Assembly (NCBI GenBank): GCA_965645245.1
Contig: OZ287067.1
Location: 930,001-994,000 of the forward strand
DNA from: Massalongia carnosa
Lineage: Eukaryota
Reading direction: 5' to 3'
Length of the DNA: 64,000 nt
The notes under the pieces are model-generated. The model searched no databases. It saw only the letters and a program-made list of their open reading frames with translations, and was not told where the DNA came from. Positions within the stretch are counted from its first letter, which is position 1, and each line of letters begins with the position of its first letter. Made by a program: the position numbers and the translations under genes. Of this stretch, positions 59,173 through 64,000 are shown one piece after another.

Positions 59173-60315
59173 ATGTCTTCAGCAGAAGAGAACCTCTCCG
59201 AGCTGGATAAGCGTATTCGATTCATTCAGGAACGTCTTCAGGCAGACCCTCAGCAATTCCTGAGTCAAATGGACAACCTAGAAGCCGAAGTAAACCAACT
59301 TCGCAACAATGCCAATACCCCTTCTATTTCCGAGCCCATACCTATCTCAAATCCACCCCCCCCTACCTTGGATCCGCAAATCATGGCCATGATGCAGCTG
59401 CTCCTGGCGTCAAAAAACTCCCTCATCCGCTCCGAAAAGCTCCCGGACATCACGGAGTATGAGGGCGAAGAAGTCAAGCTGGATGCGTGGGAGCAGTCCC
59501 TGATTCAAAGAATGCATGTCAACAATGATCGATACCCGTTCGATCAAGCCAAAATTGCCTATGCCGAAAGCCGACTCACCATAGGCAAAAAGGCTCATAA
59601 CCTAATGAATGCGTACAGGGTCGATGGCCTTTGCGTACTCACCTCATTTGCTGAATGGCGATCAGCCCTCCGCCGCGCATGCGGAAATCCCTACGAGCAG
59701 GAGGATGCTCGCAAATACCTTCGCGATATCCTCAAACAGGGAAGTAGTAGCTTCGAGGAGTACTACAACCTTTTTGCGCAGAAAAAAGACCGGTCCAAGA
59801 TGGAAGATGCCAGCCTGATCGATGCCATGAAGGCAAATGTGAATTATTCAACCCAGACCGCAGCCCTAATGTATAGGGTCCCCGGAACCCAAAGGCAACC
59901 AACCACCTTCGACGAGCACGTCACCATGTGGTTGGAGACAGATCGTGGCCTTCGGCAGATCCGCCACATTGCCCCAAAGGCGAACACCACCACTATCACC
60001 CCGACACCGAAAAAGCCAAACCCGTTATCAGCACTTCCCCCGACAGTCGCTCCCGCTGCCAAAGCACCTGTCGCTTCTCCCGCCTCCCCTGCGCTGCTCA
60101 TTGGCGACCCCATGGACCTAAGCTCTGCCATGGCAGCGGTGAAAGGCCAATCGCTCAAAACCGAGGGGGTCCGCAAAATCTGCGAAGACTGGAAGTTGTG
60201 TTTCTACTGCAAATTGCAGCATCCAGGGAAGTCAGCAACTGACTGTCCCAACAAGCGAACCAACCTTCGGAGCATGGAGCTCGAAGCCCCTGATATTGAG
60301 CAGGGAAAAGCCTAG
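59173..60315 (+). CDS. gag: B2 Gag
   Basis: Identical to B1 Gag except one D/E change near the end. Confidence 0.94.
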   Translation: MSSAEENLSELDKRIRFIQERLQADPQQFLSQMDNLEAEVNQLRNNANTPSISEPIPISNPPPPTLDPQIMAMMQLLLASKNSLIRSEKLPDITEYEGEEVKLDAWEQSLIQRMHVNNDRYPFDQAKIAYAESRLTIGKKAHNLMNAYRVDGLCVLTSFAEWRSALRRACGNPYEQEDARKYLRDILKQGSSSFEEYYNLFAQKKDRSKMEDASLIDAMKANVNYSTQTAALMYRVPGTQRQPTTFDEHVTMWLETDRGLRQIRHIAPKANTTTITPTPKKPNPLSALPPTVAPAAKAPVASPASPALLIGDPMDLSSAMAAVKGQSLKTEGVRKICEDWKLCFYCKLQHPGKSATDCPNKRTNLRSMELEAPDIEQGKA

Positions 60316-60332
60316 TCTCTGCACATCGTCGC

Positions 60333-63300
60333 GTGCAGGGACTCCCCCCCCTTCTCATTTCCTCATGTTTGATGGCCAGTTTTTCCCCCTCTTTGAGATC
60401 CAATACGCGATTTTCCGCAGCCTCCGCTTTGGAGCTGTTTGAATCAGATAAGACGTTCAGAGACAGTCACATGGTGATGACAGGTATCTTGCGATTATCT
60501 AGATCTAGGATTAGAACGTATAATCTAATTGATTGTGGTGCATCTGGCTTTTCATTCATCGATGAGAAATTTGCGCATACTAACCAAATTCCCCTTCATC
60601 TTCTCAAATATCCCCGCCGGCTCGAAGGATTCGACGGCCAAAGGGCTCTATCCGGCAATATCACTCATGTGGCCGAAATCACCATGGATCTAGAAGGTCA
60701 TGTAGAAAAACTCTTTCTATATGTCACCGGGTTAAAAAATTATCCCATTATCCTGGGCCATCCATGGCTCCGCCGGCATAACGCCATAGCCGATTTTGGG
60801 CATAATACGCTCACCTTTGCCTCCCCCTACTGCCTCACTCACTGTTGCCCCCACCCCGTCAAGCTTCAAGCCGTTGAGGAAGAATTCCTCACCCCAGCCG
60901 AGAGTCGAAAAATCTGGGATGAAGAGATCCTCGAAGACGCCCTAGGAAAAGTTATCAATCAAGACACGTCTATCAGAACGTCGATAACTTCTCTAGAAGA
61001 GGGGGAAGAAATTCCCACAATCAAAAATTCCATTCCTGACAATCCCGTCAAAATCGAGGAATCCATCCCTTTGTTCAAAACCGCGCCGCGCGATTTCACC
61101 TTAATCAAACCCGAAATCAATGAACCCGAACCCCAGCCTCAAAACCCCACCGATGAACCCAGTCGCATTGAAAATGCAATCCAGCAAGGGCTTCCCCCCC
61201 CGAAAATCCGATACCGAAGCCCGTCCAAATTGCGGACATCCACCCAAAGACGTGCTCATCAAGCAGCACGCAAAACCACCCCGCAGATGAATGTCTGCGA
61301 AATCGGAGCTATCTCCTTCAATCGACTGACTCGGAAGAAAAACCACGATAGTTTCGCCCTGTCCATGAAAGAAATTGACCTCTTTCTAGGAAAAACCAAC
61401 CCCGAACCTCTAGTAATGAAAGCCTCACCTAGTTCAGCCCCCGATTTGATCGAAAAAGCCAAAAAACCCAGCCCAGCCTACCAACCATTGCCATCTCGAG
61501 CAAGCCCGCACGAGAAAGAAATCCACCTAGCCTTATTTAAGATGAATAAGGCCCTAACCCTAGCCACCGCCGTGACTCGTGAAGAGTTAGACGCTTACCG
61601 AGAAAGTAAGAACGTCGACCCAGCCCCCCTTCTGCCCAAGCAATACCACGAATTCCTAGATGTCTTCTCGAAGAAGAAATCCGAAGACTTGCCCCCCCGC
61701 CGTCCCTACGATCATGCCATAAACCTGAAAGAAGGTACGCAGGCCCCTAGTCAGGCCCTGTATGGTATGAGTCGTACCGAAATCGAGGAGCTCCGCCGCT
61801 ACCTCGACGAAAATCTAGCCAAGGGATTTATTCGGGCTAGTCGCTCCCACGCCGCCTCCCCGGTGATGTTCGTGAAAAAGCCAGGTGGGGGACTTCGATT
61901 TTGCGTGGATTATCGTGCTCTGAATGCCATCACGATTAAGGATCGCTATCCGCTGCCCTTGATCGCCGAGACCCTGCACCAATTAATCAAAGCCAAGATA
62001 TTCACCAAGATAGACATCATCGCCGCCTTCAATATGCTCCGCATACGAGAAGGAGACGAAGAACTCACCGCTTTTCGCACTCGTTTCGGCCTTTTCGAGT
62101 CCTTGGTCCTACCCTTCGGCCTATGCAACGGGCCCGCCTCATTTCAGCACTTCATCAACGATACGCTTCACGAGTATCTTGCTGACTTTTGCACTGCGTA
62201 CCTAGATGATATCCTCATCTACAGTGACAATGAGCTGGAGCACGAGGTCCACGTCAAAAAAATCCTGTCTCGACTCCGAGATGCAGGCCTGCAAGCCGAC
62301 ATCACCAAGTGCAAGTTCCATGTCACCGAAATTGCATACCTAGGGATGATCGTGACCACCGAAGGGATAAAAATGGACCCGGCCAAGGTGGAAACCGTCG
62401 TCAATTGGCCAAACCTCGTCAATGTGAAAGATGTGCAAAGCTTTCTGGGTTTTGCTAACTTTTATAGACGATTCGTGTATGGGTTTAGCGACATAGCTGG
62501 CCCCCTAACCAACCTGACCAAGAAGGAGACGGAATTCCTGTGGACTGACAAATGCCAATTGGCATTCGAAATGCTGAAAAAAGCTTTCACCTCCGATGTC
62601 ATTCTCAGGCATTTCGACCCCGATCGTCCCATCATCGTCGAAACCGATGCCTCCGACTATGTTTCGGGGGGCATTCTTTCTCAATACGACGATGATGGGA
62701 TACTTCACCCCGTCGCCTACTTCTCAAAGAAGCACAATCCCGCCGAGTGCAACTACGAGATCTATGACAAAGAACTGATGGCAATCGTTCGATGTTTTGA
62801 AGAATGGCGACCCGAACTAGAAGGATCTGCCTTCCCCATCAGCGTCATATCCGACCACAAAAACCTGGAGTATTTTGCCTCCACCAAGCAGCTCAGCCGT
62901 CGCCAAGCTAGATGGAGCGAATTTCTCTCTCGATTTGACTTCAAGATAGTCTATCGACCAGGAAAAGCCGGAGGAAAACCGGACGCTCTAACTCGTCGAT
63001 CGGGAGATCTTCCTAAAGAAGGGGATGATACGGACGAGCGAAGGAAATTTCAACACCAAACCATTTTGAAAACCGAAAACCTGGATGAGGAAGTCGCAAA
63101 AAGTTATTTGCGATCCATTCTTCTGGCACCAGCTTTCCTAGATGATGCAGATATCGAAGAAGCAGAACCTCAGCTAGATGAGGACCTCATCGATCCCGAT
63201 GAGGATATCTCCACGGAGCTCCTCTGGGAACAAGCCCTGACACGAGACCAATTCGCCCCCGAAGTCCTGGAAGCCCTTCGTAATAACGAGAGGCATCACA

Positions 63301-64000
63301 ATCGAATCCAATTAGCCGAATGCGAAGATAGGGACGGTATCTTGTATTTTCGAAACAAGAAATACGTACCTCGATCCGATCGTCTGAGGCTTCGTATCAT
63401 TCAACTCGCTCACGATAGCGTCGCCGGCGGACATCCGGGCCGTTCCAAATGCCATGAGTTGGTAAATCGATCCTACTGGTGGCCCAGCATGCATCAGTCC
63501 ATCAAGCGATTTATCCGAAACTGCCACACTTGCAGAAGATCAAAACCATCCCGCCAGCGCTATCAGGGCTGGCTACGCCCACTCCCCCCCCCCGAGCGCA
63601 GATGGCGGGATATTTCCATGGATTATGTAGGCCCCCTGACCCCCAGCACCTTCATGGGAATCACTTATCGCTACATCTTGGTGGTTATAGATCGCCTGTC
63701 CAAGATGCGACATTTCATTCCTATCACGTCCATGGAAGTTGAAGACGCCGCCGATGCGTTCTATCAGAATGTCTGGAAACTACATGGGCTTCCCGAAGCC
63801 ATGGTTTCTGATCGTGGCCCCCAATTCGTCTCCGATTTCTGGCAGCTCATGTGCAAGAGGCTGAAAATCGACGCCAATCTATCCACCGGATACCACCCGG
63901 AGACCGACGGGCAGACCGAGCGAGCCAACGCCACCATGGAGCACTACCTAAGGGCTTATGTCAACTACATGCAGGATGACTGGGCACAATGGCTTCCTGG
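60333..64000 (+). CDS. pol: B2 Pol (partial, runs off the window)
   Basis: Near-identical to B1 pol 9333-13000; no stop seen. Confidence 0.93.
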   Translation, partial: MQGLPPLLISSCLMASFSPSLRSNTRFSAASALELFESDKTFRDSHMVMTGILRLSRSRIRTYNLIDCGASGFSFIDEKFAHTNQIPLHLLKYPRRLEGFDGQRALSGNITHVAEITMDLEGHVEKLFLYVTGLKNYPIILGHPWLRRHNAIADFGHNTLTFASPYCLTHCCPHPVKLQAVEEEFLTPAESRKIWDEEILEDALGKVINQDTSIRTSITSLEEGEEIPTIKNSIPDNPVKIEESIPLFKTAPRDFTLIKPEINEPEPQPQNPTDEPSRIENAIQQGLPPPKIRYRSPSKLRTSTQRRAHQAARKTTPQMNVCEIGAISFNRLTRKKNHDSFALSMKEIDLFLGKTNPEPLVMKASPSSAPDLIEKAKKPSPAYQPLPSRASPHEKEIHLALFKMNKALTLATAVTREELDAYRESKNVDPAPLLPKQYHEFLDVFSKKKSEDLPPRRPYDHAINLKEGTQAPSQALYGMSRTEIEELRRYLDENLAKGFIRASRSHAASPVMFVKKPGGGLRFCVDYRALNAITIKDRYPLPLIAETLHQLIKAKIFTKIDIIAAFNMLRIREGDEELTAFRTRFGLFESLVLPFGLCNGPASFQHFINDTLHEYLADFCTAYLDDILIYSDNELEHEVHVKKILSRLRDAGLQADITKCKFHVTEIAYLGMIVTTEGIKMDPAKVETVVNWPNLVNVKDVQSFLGFANFYRRFVYGFSDIAGPLTNLTKKETEFLWTDKCQLAFEMLKKAFTSDVILRHFDPDRPIIVETDASDYVSGGILSQYDDDGILHPVAYFSKKHNPAECNYEIYDKELMAIVRCFEEWRPELEGSAFPISVISDHKNLEYFASTKQLSRRQARWSEFLSRFDFKIVYRPGKAGGKPDALTRRSGDLPKEGDDTDERRKFQHQTILKTENLDEEVAKSYLRSILLAPAFLDDADIEEAEPQLDEDLIDPDEDISTELLWEQALTRDQFAPEVLEALRNNERHHNRIQLAECEDRDGILYFRNKKYVPRSDRLRLRIIQLAHDSVAGGHPGRSKCHELVNRSYWWPSMHQSIKRFIRNCHTCRRSKPSRQRYQGWLRPLPPPERRWRDISMDYVGPLTPSTFMGITYRYILVVIDRLSKMRHFIPITSMEVEDAADAFYQNVWKLHGLPEAMVSDRGPQFVSDFWQLMCKRLKIDANLSTGYHPETDGQTERANATMEHYLRAYVNYMQDDWAQWLP

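Larger units (their letters stand above)
58610..64000 (+). mobile_element. Element B2: second copy of family B, truncated by the window end
   Basis: 487-bp 5' LTR 58610-59096; about 8 substitutions relative to B1 over about 5 kb. Confidence 0.97.

Noticed and set aside
8173..59173. B1 and B2 offset of exactly 51,000 bp as an assembly duplication
   Set aside because: The copies have different flanks, about 8 substitutions and a 51-bp LTR indel.
2109..63742. Short ORFs within LTRs or antisense to gag/pol
   Set aside because: No recognisable domains; they recur only because the LTRs and elements are duplicated.

Overview
Gene-free, fungal-type (probably ascomycete heterochromatin) nest made almost entirely of LTR retrotransposons. 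The labels A-K are mine. Two old, AT-rich, hypermutated Ty3/Gypsy chromoviruses (A 24-50069 +; I 50197-57604 -) host younger insertions, nearly all bounded by TG..CA LTRs and 5-bp target-site duplications (TSDs). Nesting: A > Copia C1 > Gypsy B1 > Gypsy D; A > Gypsy E; A > Copia C2 > solo LTR K; A > Gypsy G > Gypsy H; I > solo LTR J > solo LTR of E; K-type LTR > Gypsy B2 (runs off the window). Highlights: (1) the old elements show RIP-like C>T hypermutation at CpC/CpT that spares CpA and CpG, unlike canonical Neurospora RIP; (2) element A carries an antisense Zn2Cys6-like plus coiled-coil ORF; (3) an ATTTAACMGGC-N3/5-GCCKGTTAAAT palindrome is shared by Copia and Gypsy elements; (4) four covarying hairpins lie in E's 3' UTR; (5) all seven Gypsy families have Tf1-type self-priming sites; (6) -1 frameshift and UGA-readthrough signals are visible; (7) every insertion into a young element hits an LTR or leader. 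All alignments and counts were done by eye.
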